64,000 bases of DNA, from positions 64,001 to 128,000 of the forward strand of contig CAZALK010000004.1 in NCBI GenBank assembly GCA_964486045.1, written 5' to 3'. Below, in pieces: positions 1-9,449 of this stretch. Source of the stretch: an uncultured archaeon. Its GTDB lineage: Archaea; Asgardarchaeota; Lokiarchaeia; Sigyniarchaeales; SOKP01. The number at the start of each line of letters is the position of its first letter. Position 1 is the first letter of the stretch. Below the pieces are notes generated by a model. It was not told the DNA's origin and ran no database searches. It saw only the letters and a list, made by a program, of their open reading frames with translations. The position numbers and the translations under genes were made by a program.

Positions 1-247
1 CATCATCAGAGGTATAGCGAGATTCAACATAAATAGGGGCTTCTAATGCACCTTCATATCTACTACTTTTCATATATATATCAATCCTTTTAACAATCCT
101 GTCAAGTTCGTCGTAATCAGGATTTTTTGATATTCCATATTTCTCAATGGCAGATTTAAGAATATCTCAATAGTACCTGGAGCAAATCATTGTCAAGTGG
201 GTAATAGACAATTGGCGTTAGATTTCATTCTTAATTGGATTAATTTT

Positions 248-385
248 TTAGGAAAGACTTATCACAACCACAGCAATGACCGCAATTATTAAAATTACAA
301 GGAATCCTATGCATAGCATCGTATTTTTCTTTTTATTAGCTGGGCCACTCCTCCCAGAACGGGATTTTTGGATACCATCTTGCAT
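248..385 (-). CDS. 45-aa tail-anchored micro-protein or 3' gene fragment (MQDGIQKSRSGRSGPANKKKNTMLCIGFLVILIIAVIAVVVISLS)
   Basis: Hand-translated and below the ORF-track cutoff. A basic KKK patch is followed by a ~22-aa hydrophobic helix ending at the stop. Confidence 0.45.
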   Translation of the reverse strand: MQDGIQKSRSGRSGPANKKKNTMLCIGFLVILIIAVIAVVVISLS

Positions 386-506
386 TGTCTTAAACTGATT
401 TTCTACAGTTAAATAAAAGACTTCAGAAAAAGAGTCGTGTAGTATATATTAAAATAAATCAGAATTAAATTAATTTAGATGTATTTCTTATATTTAATTA
501 ATTATT

Positions 507-740
507 ATGACTCAAGTGAAATTGGATAAAGCACTAGCAGAGGATTTAATTACATCCAAATTAAGAACTTTAAAAGGATATATAGATGAGTTATTAACTC
601 GTTATAATGAATCTTCCTCTAAGGACTTCTTAGAGAAAACACGTAATGGAATTTATCAAAATGCTGAAGAGGATGCAGTGGAATTGCGTCAATTACTTTT
701 AGATTATTCTAAATTACAAGAGATTTTAGAAAATTTATAA
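507..740 (+). CDS. Small helical protein, probable antitoxin partner of the downstream TumE/DUF6516-like gene
   Basis: 77-aa ORF 20 bp upstream of a DUF6516-like reading frame, in a two-gene TA layout. Confidence 0.6.
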   Translation: MTQVKLDKALAEDLITSKLRTLKGYIDELLTRYNESSSKDFLEKTRNGIYQNAEEDAVELRQLLLDYSKLQEILENL

Positions 741-760
741 AAATTTCCGTTGATATATAT

Positions 761-1122
761 ATGGATTCTAGAAGGAATCTTGAGTTAGCTCGAAAGATCA
801 TTATAATAATTATAATGATTATATAAGAGATATTATCCTCGATAAAGAGAAACCGGTCTTAAAAATTATATTTCATAAAGAAATCTACCTATATTTACGT
901 TATAATGATTATGGGGAATATTCTTATAGTACTATTTTTTCTCCTAATCCTGACGATCAATTGCGATTTGATAATTATGATGATATATGGGACGTAAAAA
1001 CACGTCCTCATCATTTTCACACTCGAGGCTTGAAAAAAGTTATAGATAGTTCTATGAAAGGAGAACCTGAGCACGATATACCTATCCTTTTAACATTTTT
1101 GATAGAAAATAATAAGAAATAG
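761..1122 (+). pseudogene. Frameshifted TumE/DUF6516-like toxin
   Basis: The ATG at 761 reads MDSRRNLELARKII, then a 1-nt frameshift near 800. The other frame reads YNNYNDYIRDI...YSYSTIFSPNPDDQLRFDNYDDIWDVKTRPHHFH...TAG (1120-1122). The RxDN...PHHxH signature is present. Confidence 0.7.
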
Positions 1123-1135
1123 TATTATATGATTA

Positions 1136-1170
1136 TCTTTCGGTTATTTCACGAATTCACACTCATTAAC
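1136..1170 (+). repeat. Dispersed non-coding repeat, core CGGTTATTTCACGA (copy 1)
   Basis: Matches 3249-3262 exactly in the core and 1971-1983 with one mismatch. Confidence 0.65.
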
Positions 1171-1280
1171 CTCTTCTTACTAATAAAATAGAATTTAGTA
1201 TGTGTAAATATTATAGAAATTAGTGCAATTTATTCTTGACAGTTAGCTATATGAGAGTAATATCCCTGTAGTACTTAATA

Positions 1281-1564
1281 TTACTCTAAGAAATCATTAA
1301 TAAAGGATTTAAGTTCTGGTAATCGTTTATGAATTGTCTTCCAAACTAAACTTAGATCTACCCTAGAATAGGCGTGAATTAACTTGTCTCTCATTCCTGC
1401 AATATCTTTCCATGGAATTTGTGGATATTTTTTTTTTAATTCCTCAGGTATGCTTTTACTAGCCTCTCCAATAATTTCAAATTTACATATTACAGCACTG
1501 GAAGTTTTATCGTCATTCAAGAATTGGTCGAAGGTCATTCCTTGGATAAATTTTTCTCAGGCAT
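1281..1564 (-). pseudogene. hepT: HepT/DUF86 HEPN RNase toxin with an N-terminal internal deletion
   Basis: The RxxxxH motif (RDKLIH) and EIIGEASK are present. The natural ATG overlapping the MNT stop (ATG CCT GAG AAA AAT) is out of frame with KFIQGMTFDQF, and the usual first helix is missing. Confidence 0.75.
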
Positions 1565-1853
1565 AAATGACCTCATTAAGAATATTTTGCTTTAATTCTT
1601 CTTTTAGGCTAGGTTTTGAAACAATGGCCACTTTTGCATTAAAAATTTCTTCTAAGTAACGAGAAAGAGCTATAAAATGAATTAAATCAGCTTCTTTATC
1701 GAATTCTACTAAAAAATCAATATCACTGGCAGCAGTTTGATTATTGCTTACATATGAGCCAAAAAGCCCAATTAATTCTACCATATAATCACTTTTGAGC
1801 TTTTTCTTTATTTTTTTAAGTTTCTCCAGAATCTCTTCTTTAGTTTTTACCAT
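1557..1853 (-). CDS. mntA: MntA-type minimal nucleotidyltransferase antitoxin
   Basis: GS-x10-DxD motif (FGSYVSNNQTAASDIDFLVEF), upstream of HEPN. The third acidic residue reads VAIV instead of the usual VD(L/I)V. Confidence 0.85.
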   Translation of the reverse strand: MVKTKEEILEKLKKIKKKLKSDYMVELIGLFGSYVSNNQTAASDIDFLVEFDKEADLIHFIALSRYLEEIFNAKVAIVSKPSLKEELKQNILNEVIYA

Positions 1854-1965
1854 TGTATTAATTTTTTTATGTTAAAATGTAATTAAGAGTACTTATATTT
1901 CTAATAAATTCTTACTCTTTAAAGAATTACTATCAATTTTAACTAATAAATAACTATTTAATTTT

Positions 1966-1990
1966 TATTTCGATTATTTCACGTAATTCT
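1966..1990 (+). repeat. Dispersed repeat copy 2 (CGATTATTTCACGT)
   Basis: Near-match to the core at 1141 and 3249. Confidence 0.5.
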
Positions 1991-2086
1991 ACTAATATTG
2001 AATTAAACTTAATAGCTGAAAGAATCCATATTATTATGGAACAATAAAAGAAATCAATTTTTAATCCAGATGAATGTAATAACAAA

Positions 2087-3193
2087 ATGACTTCTACAGA
2101 TTTATTCAATTGGTTGTTGGAGAATGGTGGACCAGTCATCCGTTATAAAACCGCTACTGAATTTGCAACAGATCAAGTGAAAATCGATGTTGAGAAACTT
2201 CGAAGTGATCTGCTCAAATCGGAAATCGTTCAAAAATGGCTTCAGTTAAACCCCGTATCAAAGTTACCAGGCATCTATGCTCTACATCATAGTAGATCAT
2301 CCATATATGAAAATCTGATGAATAAGCTTATTCAATTAGGGTTAAACTCAACCTTCAAGGCTTACGATAAGTTCGCTCAAGAAAGCTTGGAAATCCTTCG
2401 AACTTTAATGAGCCCACACAATATCTTCTTTAAACAGTTTTTAATATCTCTAATACTCTCGTTTTTATGTAGATCTGGATATGAGAATGAAGAGCTGGTA
2501 AAACAAGCTTTAGATCGCAGATTTGATGCTTTAAAAGATTTCGTTCAGCTGAAAAAACTTGATTTTTACGTGGATCCTGCTGAATTTCCACGATTGCCGA
2601 AAATTAGACGTCATGATATCGTGAATCCTGAGCTTTATAGCGACGGGAAACTCCGATTTCCGTTTATTCACGATATTTGGGCGTTCTCAGGAATCCTAAA
2701 ATCCGAATTACACCAAGATAAAAAAGATTTAATCGAGAAGGTCATCAAACGGATATTAAGTGATGATTATCAGAAGTTAAAAGAGGGATATGGAATAGTA
2801 GTAGAATCTCCAACGAAGGCTTATGGTATGGGGTGGTCAGTTCATCTGCCTTTTTTCCAAGATCCTAACCAACTAGATTTTTCTACAGCTTCATTAAAAG
2901 TAATGAGAAAATCAAATCCTTCCTATTTTTTACAACGACTTTATCTAATGTCTCAATTTCCTTCTGCACGAAAAAATGATTGGTTTATTACATGCTTTAA
3001 AAAATTAGAATCTTATAAAACAGATAAGGGGACTTATTTATTACCCAAATCTTGTTTAATAGAGAGACCTAACGGTTATTGGGTTCTTGGAGCTTATATG
3101 GGGTTAGGAGAAAACAGACGGGTAAAGAAGTGGGCAGAAATAGAATCAACTTTTTGGATGGCGAAAATTAAAAGGGAAATTAGGGAATTTTAA
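2087..3193 (+). CDS. Conserved hypothetical protein, possibly alpha/alpha-toroid (prenyltransferase/cyclase-like)
   Basis: 368-aa ORF with WLLENGGPVIRY N-terminus and aromatic-rich helices. The fold is only a guess. Confidence 0.6.
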   Translation: MTSTDLFNWLLENGGPVIRYKTATEFATDQVKIDVEKLRSDLLKSEIVQKWLQLNPVSKLPGIYALHHSRSSIYENLMNKLIQLGLNSTFKAYDKFAQESLEILRTLMSPHNIFFKQFLISLILSFLCRSGYENEELVKQALDRRFDALKDFVQLKKLDFYVDPAEFPRLPKIRRHDIVNPELYSDGKLRFPFIHDIWAFSGILKSELHQDKKDLIEKVIKRILSDDYQKLKEGYGIVVESPTKAYGMGWSVHLPFFQDPNQLDFSTASLKVMRKSNPSYFLQRLYLMSQFPSARKNDWFITCFKKLESYKTDKGTYLLPKSCLIERPNGYWVLGAYMGLGENRRVKKWAEIESTFWMAKIKREIREF

Positions 3194-3220
3194 ACTAAGT
3201 ACAACACATGATTGAAGAAG

Positions 3221-3280
3221 GACAAAATTTGAAAAAGATTTGATATCTCGGTTATTTCACGATTAACTCATTTGAACTCA
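3221..3280 (+). repeat. Dispersed repeat copy 3 (GACAAAATTTGAAAAAGATTTGATATCTCGGTTATTTCACGA)
   Basis: The core matches 1141. The 5' part matches 29073-29104 and 41501-41525. Confidence 0.65.
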
Positions 3281-3506
3281 TTTTTATTAAATGATAACAC
3301 TAAATAATCTTTAGATTTGAATATATCACAATCCAAAGTTATCCAACTAAGAGGAGAGAATACCTTTTCAAAGCTTTTAATTTGATAACCGTTTTGCGAA
3401 GATTAATATGAGGATATTTTCAGAGCTTACAAAATAACAAAAGTAGAGATAAAAATAAATAAATTAAATAATAACCTTTTTTAAGAGTTTATCTGACTAT
3501 ATTTAA

Positions 3507-3977
3507 ATGTTGAATAAAATGAGATATAAATTAAAATTATACTTAGACACATCAGTTCTCTCAGCGCTATTTGATGAGAGAAATCCTGAAAGGAAATCTC
3601 TTACTGAGTCCTTCTTTAGTGAGTTGAAAGATTTTGAAATCTTTATTTCTGATATTACTCTTGCTGAGATTGATAATACACCTGATGAGGAACTTAAAAC
3701 AAAAATGAAGGAAAAAATAACAAACTTTTCGATTCTTACTAGTTCAAATGAAATAGAAGAACTGGTAAAAGATATTATTCAAAAGGGAGCAATAAATGAG
3801 TCATATTCCGAAGATGCTTATCATATTGCCATAGCTATAATCAATGATATGGATTTTCTTTTAAGTTGGAATTTTAGGCATATAGTTAGAAAAAAAACAA
3901 GGGATATTGTGAGAATGATATGCACTTTAAACAATTTAAGACAGATAGAAATAATAACTCCTGCAGAATTATTATAA
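3507..3977 (+). CDS. PIN-domain (VapC-like) ribonuclease toxin
   Basis: YLDTSV, EI, EDAYHIA, SWNFRHI and ITPAEL motifs. Confidence 0.9.
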   Translation: MLNKMRYKLKLYLDTSVLSALFDERNPERKSLTESFFSELKDFEIFISDITLAEIDNTPDEELKTKMKEKITNFSILTSSNEIEELVKDIIQKGAINESYSEDAYHIAIAIINDMDFLLSWNFRHIVRKKTRDIVRMICTLNNLRQIEIITPAELL

Positions 3978-3992
3978 TATAGGTGAGTAAAA

Positions 3993-4172
3993 ACGTTAAA
4001 TGAAAAAGAAATTGAAAAAATTAAAAAAGCCAGTGAACTTGAATTTCCATACGATATAGCATTACAGCAAATTCATATTGCAAGAAAGATTATTGCTAAA
4101 GAAGCAGAAAAGAAAGGTTTAAAATACCTTGATTATATAAAATTAATTTCCAAAGAAGTAAAACCAATTTAA
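3993..4172 (+). CDS. 59-aa putative antitoxin partner with an ACG start (or start-codon-loss pseudogene)
   Basis: AGGTGA RBS at 3981-3986, then ACG TTA AAT GAA..., open for 59 codons (EFPYDIALQQIHIARKII) to TAA 4170-4172. It is absent from the ORF track. Confidence 0.65.
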   Translation, partial: TLNEKEIEKIKKASELEFPYDIALQQIHIARKIIAKEAEKKGLKYLDYIKLISKEVKPI

Positions 4173-4390
4173 TAAATTGTCTATGCTAATTATTGGATTT
4201 TTGATATCCTTCAAATATTTCAAATCATTAAGAATCGGATCCTCATTCGTTCTAGCGCATGCTTAGTAAACTTTATTAGCATTATGCTACTCTTGGTATT
4301 AATTCTTCGCTATTTAATTGAATGAGATCATCAAGATTTAGCTTTCTCTCTGTAAAATTTAAAATTTCCACACCTACAATATTTTGATTT

Positions 4391-4710
4391 TACAGCTTCA
4401 TTAAAAGTAATGAGAAAATCAAATCCTTCCTATTTTTTACAACGACTTTATCTAATGTCTCAATTTCCTTCTGCACGAAAAAATGATTGGTTTATTACAT
4501 GCTTTAAAAAATTAGAATCTTATAAAACAGATAAGGGGACTTATTTATTACCCAAATCATGTCTAATAGAGAGATCGAGTGGATATTGGGTATTAGGAGC
4601 TTACCTGGGTTTAGGAGAAAACAGACGGGTAAAGAAATGGGCAGAAATAGAATCAACTTTTTGGATGGTGAAAATTAAAAAAGAAATTGGGGAATTGTGA
4701 ACTAAGTGCA
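4391..4710 (+). pseudogene. Duplicated 3' fragment of the 2087-3193 gene
   Basis: Identical to 2884-3051 for 168 bp (offset 1507), then diverged mostly at synonymous positions. Confidence 0.9.
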
Positions 4711-4846
4711 ATAAGTCGCAGTTCTCTCCTGATCTTTTGTATTTACTGTAGGTTCTCTATCCAAATATGGGCATTTCAACACCACTATTCAATCTTACTT
4801 TCGAATTAATTGATAAAGTCATTTCTAATCACATTTATAATCTGAT

Positions 4847-6277
4847 TCACTCAAAGAACCGATAGGCAAAGGCATCTTCCTCACCTGCTCGTGCTTTTTG
4901 TCCACGACCAGTAACGGGTAGTCTCGTTCCATCAAGACGAGGATCAACATAACGGGAATATCATTCCTCCAGATCTCGTCGCATCGTCCTGATTTTATCG
5001 GCATAATCGGGAGAGTTGAAGAGGTTATTCATTTCACTTGAATCTTCGATCAAGTTGTATAATTCATGAGGACCACCCGGATAACGCCACACAAGTTTCC
5101 ACTCCCGTGACCGTATCATGCGGACAGGACCATATTCATCAAAAACGACGATATTTTCTCGTTCCCCCAAGATTTTTCCCTCAAGGAGAGGAGAAAAGGA
5201 GCGACCTGGAAGACCTTGCGGAACCTGATCCTCCAAACCGATTTATTCCATCAGGGTGGGAAACCAATCATATTGACTGAGAAGATTGGTATCGATGTGG
5301 TTTTTCGGCACGAATCCAGGACGGCTGATAATGCATGGGATCTTAACACTGGTATCGAACATATTCTGCGGCCAGGTGGCATTCCCCTTTCCATAAAGAC
5401 CGTGATGCCCCATATTCATACCGTTATCGCTCATAAATACAATAAGTGTGTTCTCACGTAAACCTTTCTCCTCGAGCCAATCCAATATCCGTCCGACGCC
5501 ATGGTCCATAGCGGTTATGGCTGCAAAATATCCCGATAGAGCCCGTCGCCGTCCGTCTTCGCTTATACCCCTAGCCCAAAAACCCTTGGGTAAAGGCTCC
5601 TCGTGAGTTGGGACTGAATTGAAGGGACAATTGTTATAATAATCTTCCCATAATTCGGGAGGATGATGTTTTCTTCCCCATGGTGAATGGGGTGCAGTGT
5701 AATGGACATGTAGACAAAATGGATTGTCAATGTCAATCTGACCATCTAAAAATTTTAATGCGTTATCAGTGTAAATATCTGTGGCGTATACACCCTCCCG
5801 CGTTAACGTTTTGCCATTTTCCACTACAGGTGCACTGTAGTAGGGAGAAGCTCCATAAGGCATGACATTCCAGATCTGGAAGCCAATTTGTGGTTCCAAC
5901 CCATAACCAAGGTGCCACTTCCCGCTCAAACATGTATTGTACCCTGTTTGCCTAAGGGTGGTCATATAGGTTGGCTGTCCATCAAGAAACCGGATCTCAT
6001 CTGCCTTGACATTTTTTCCCACAAGTCCTGGTCCCCAGTGGAGAAAATCATGGACACCATGCTGTGAAGGTATCCGACCAGTCAAGATCGATGCCCGAGC
6101 TGGCGAACAAACAGGTGAGGTGCAGAAGAAGTTTTCAAAGCGTGTACCTTCCTTACCGAGACGGTCCAGATTGGGAGAGCGTATCTCTCCATTACCGGTA
6201 CAACCCATGGCCCACGCCCCCTGGTCATCAGTTAAGATAAATATTAGATTTGGTTTTTTTACATTCTGACTTGCCAT
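4847..6277 (-). pseudogene. Sulfatase (choline/arylsulfatase-like) with two in-frame nonsense codons
   Basis: CSPAR formylglycine motif plus TDDQG, GKWHLG and SDNG. TAA at 5243-5245 and TGA at 4961-4963 interrupt one frame that continues YSRYVDPRLDG...VTGRGQ to TGA 4847. GC-richer than its flanks. Confidence 0.85.
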
Positions 6278-6437
6278 ATGATCTCCTTTTATCTGTAAGA
6301 CTTGGTCTATATCCCAAAATACTACAAAGATATCATTTAATGACCATATTAACCTTCATGTTACATATTCTTTAAAATTCTTCTTTTAACCTTAAAAATA
6401 TTGAAGTGAGAATGATTTTTTTAAAATTCAAAAAATG

Positions 6438-6543
6438 ATGTTAAGTATTCTTAACGTTCCATAGAAGCTTATTAGAAATCCTAAATACTTTGTTCTTTGA
6501 TTAATTCGAAACTTTTAAATACTCATGTTAAATATAGTAACAT
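6438..6543. promoter_or_regulatory. Two related palindromes, candidate operators for the downstream XRE regulators
   Basis: ATGTTAAGTATTCTTAACGT (6438-6457) and ATGTTAAATATAGTAACAT (6525-6543). The second lies just 3' of a TATA-like TTTAAATA. Confidence 0.55.
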
Positions 6544-6627
6544 AATAAATGATCATTTTTTAAATCGATTGGTAAAAAGTTAATACCACTTGATTAAGAT
6601 GATTTTTAGAATTTAACATTTAAAAAA

Positions 6628-7476
6628 TTGGTGAAAAAAAAGATGAGTAATGAAAAAAATTCATATGAAGGTGGTATTTCTAGCTCTTATAAAAACAAAG
6701 AACTGCTAAAAATCACGATTACAACTGGGATTATTGCCGCTGCTATCACAGTGGTGTTTCTCACAGGAATGTTTCTCGCATGGTGGACTATTCCTATAGA
6801 ATGGATATACTTTGTATACTTGGGATTCATAATCTTTTATAGCCTTTTTGCCGTAATAATAATTCTCACTTATATGTATAATCGGGCTTATATCAAAAAT
6901 CTCACATACACAATTTCAGAGGATCATATCATTATAAGACATGGTATATTTACAAAAGTAGTCGCAACTATACCCTATAGTAGGATTCAAAATATTAACA
7001 TAGTAAACGGTGTTTTCGATAGGATGTTCAAGACTTTTACGGTGAAGATAGAGACAGCGGGATCAAGTGCAGCAGCAACAAGTGCTCAGAGAGGCATTAT
7101 GAGACCTGAAGGATATATTCCTGGCTTAAAGGACCCTTATATCATTGAGAAAAAGATAAAAGAGATGATGACGAAGCTTTCTACGGTTCCAAGCGGTCTT
7201 GAAGATAAAATCTTCAAACCAGAGGAGTTGGCATTTGATAACTTCATCAGCTATATACTTTCAAAGATGAGGGAAGGTGAGAAACTGAAAACCAGTATAA
7301 CGGAATTACGTGAAAAAGCCAACCTCTCTACTGCTGAATTGGCTGAAAAGGTCGGTGTTCCACTTCAGACAATTAATTACTTAGCTGAAGGGAGTTATAA
7401 TCCAAGTTTAGCATTAGCTTATAAGATCGCGGAAGTATTACGGTGTAAAATAGAAGATTTGTTTAAATTAGTCTAA
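6628..7476 (+). CDS. Membrane bPH_2 (YdbS-like) domain fused to a C-terminal XRE HTH
   Basis: Two TM helices, then IRHGIF...IPYSRIQNI...IETAG (bPH_2), then C-terminal ELAEKVGV..QTI..L..GSYNPSL.LAYKIA. Confidence 0.85.
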   Translation: MVKKKMSNEKNSYEGGISSSYKNKELLKITITTGIIAAAITVVFLTGMFLAWWTIPIEWIYFVYLGFIIFYSLFAVIIILTYMYNRAYIKNLTYTISEDHIIIRHGIFTKVVATIPYSRIQNINIVNGVFDRMFKTFTVKIETAGSSAAATSAQRGIMRPEGYIPGLKDPYIIEKKIKEMMTKLSTVPSGLEDKIFKPEELAFDNFISYILSKMREGEKLKTSITELREKANLSTAELAEKVGVPLQTINYLAEGSYNPSLALAYKIAEVLRCKIEDLFKLV

Positions 7477-7549
7477 AAATTCAATTTTTTTTTTAATTAT
7501 TATTACTATTATTAGGGCTCCTGAAAGAGTAATGGAGGGGTGAGAGAGC

Positions 7550-7969
7550 ATGAAATTTAAGAAAAAAATCGTTTCACGAATAAAGCAATTCAGGGAGGAG
7601 TTAGAACTGCTCCAATTAGAATTAGCGAAACTTGTAGGGGTTTCTCGCCAGACAATTTATTACTTAGAGCGGGGTTCATACAATCCATCCTTGACAATAT
7701 CATTTAAAATATCGGAGATCTTGAAAAAACCGATTCATGATATATTTTATCAGGAACCAGTTATTAAAAATATCCTAGAAGGTAAATTGCTCGCAGAATT
7801 AAGGGAGATTGCAGAAATCGCAGGGATTAACCTTGAAAAGCTTGCTTCCTTAAGTGAGATAGATGACGAACAACTTACAAAAGATTTTAAGGAGGGAATC
7901 CTAATTAAAATCGCGTTAGCACTGGGAATAGACTTCAAAGATCTGTTTGAAAAAGAAGACGAAAATTAA
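7550..7969 (+). CDS. XRE-family HTH regulator with a second degenerate HTH
   Basis: LAKLVGVSRQTIYYLERGSYNPSL and C-terminal IKIALALGIDFKDLF. Confidence 0.85.
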   Translation: MKFKKKIVSRIKQFREELELLQLELAKLVGVSRQTIYYLERGSYNPSLTISFKISEILKKPIHDIFYQEPVIKNILEGKLLAELREIAEIAGINLEKLASLSEIDDEQLTKDFKEGILIKIALALGIDFKDLFEKEDEN

Positions 7970-8184
7970 AAATCTTATAATTCCCAAAAAGTGAATATTA
8001 GAAATGTTTTATTTCATTTAAAAACCATTGATTTCTTATCATTTTAACTGAATGTGATAAATTTGTATGTAGAATGATCATTTTCTGGGGCCTCTTTATT
8101 TAGAATTTACTTGCTCAATTTTTTCCATTTATACTTCATTAATTTTCAAAAATTATAAAAGTTATAATTGTTTAAACGCAATTA

Positions 8185-8718
8185 ATGAGTTATCCCTTTG
8201 ATTTCATGTATGAGAAAATTGTAAACAAAGAATCACAATTTGACGGAAAATTCTTTACTTGTATAAAAACGACGAAAATATTCTGTCTTCCTTCATGTAA
8301 AGCAAAAACACCTTTTAAAAAAAATGTTGAATTTGTTTATTCTGCAGAACGTGCTGTTGAGAACGGTTATCGTCATTGCTATAGATGTCATCCATTAAAT
8401 TCTCCCGATTTTTTTCCAGATTGGTTGGATACAATTGAAGAATTTTTAAACAAAAATTTGTATCGAAGATTAGCAGATAAAGAATTAGCTGAATTGGTTA
8501 ACCTTGAGATCTCTACAATTCGCAGATATTTCAAAAGGAAACATTCTATGTCACTAAAGGAATATCATAGGCTTCGTCGGTTAAATGAAGCAAAAAAATA
8601 TATTGAAAAAGGTATTGGGATAGAAAAAGTTGCGTCATTAACAGGATATCACTCTATAAAAGGATTTAAACTAGCATTTAAGAAACAATACAGAGATATT
8701 AATTTTGAAAAAATCTAA
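8185..8718 (+). CDS. adaA: AdaA-like methylphosphotriester repair protein / AraC regulator
   Basis: FDGKFF...TTKIFCLPSC...GYRHCYRC zinc site plus an AraC-like HTH. Overlaps ogt. Confidence 0.85.
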   Translation: MSYPFDFMYEKIVNKESQFDGKFFTCIKTTKIFCLPSCKAKTPFKKNVEFVYSAERAVENGYRHCYRCHPLNSPDFFPDWLDTIEEFLNKNLYRRLADKELAELVNLEISTIRRYFKRKHSMSLKEYHRLRRLNEAKKYIEKGIGIEKVASLTGYHSIKGFKLAFKKQYRDINFEKI

Positions 8719-9194
8719 TTTAGTTTTTAAAGAGGTAAAAACACCGATTGGGGTCATGGTATTTGGATCATCTGAAAAAGGATTATGTTTACTCGATTTT
8801 AAATATAGGAAAAGTTTTCCACGAATCCTTAGACGAATTAATGAATATTATGGAGACTCTGCAACCTATGGAACATCTCAATTCATTGAATTAGCTGAAA
8901 ATCAACTAGAAAAGTATTTGCATGGAGATTTAAAGATTTTTACAGTTCCTTTAGATATTCGAGGAACTCAATTTCAATTAAAAGTCTGGAATGCATTATT
9001 ACAAATAAAATATGGAAAGACAGCTTCTTATCTTGAAATTGCTAAAAAAATTGAAAGACCTACAGCAGTACGAGCGATTGCTAATGCAAATGGGCAAAAT
9101 TCTATTGCCGTAATTATTCCCTGTCACAGAATAATAGGTTCTGATGGTTCTTTGACTGGTTATGGGGGGGAATCAAAATAAAGCAAAAATTACT
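8705..9194 (+). pseudogene. ogt: Truncated, frameshifted copy of O6-methylguanine methyltransferase
   Basis: IPCHR motif. Essentially identical to 11779-12269 except a G7 versus G8 tract. Similarity stops before the C-terminal codons. Confidence 0.85.
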
Positions 9195-9449
9195 AACCTT
9201 TCCAATAGATTCATTTAAATTAATTTGTATTGATGATTCTCGCTCAACCACTATTATCAGTTAATTTTAAATTTTTAAATTAAAATTAACATTTATAATT
9301 AATCATGAAAAGAAAAACAAGATAGGAGAGAAATTTAAACAGGAAAGAATATTTTCTTGAACTTCTATTCTTTTTCCAAAAGTGTTTTATATTACCAATT
9401 CTAAAATGTTTTGATTGTATAAATTATAAAAAATATTCATGAATTATCT

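Noticed and set aside
1-165. Minus-strand reading frame running off the window edge (…KSSRYEGALEAPIYVESRYTSDD)
   Set aside because: It is too short and is preceded by an in-frame stop, so it cannot be assigned
4961-4963. Selenocysteine read-through of the sulfatase TGA
   Set aside because: The context suits Trp, not Cys, and a second in-frame TAA is also present
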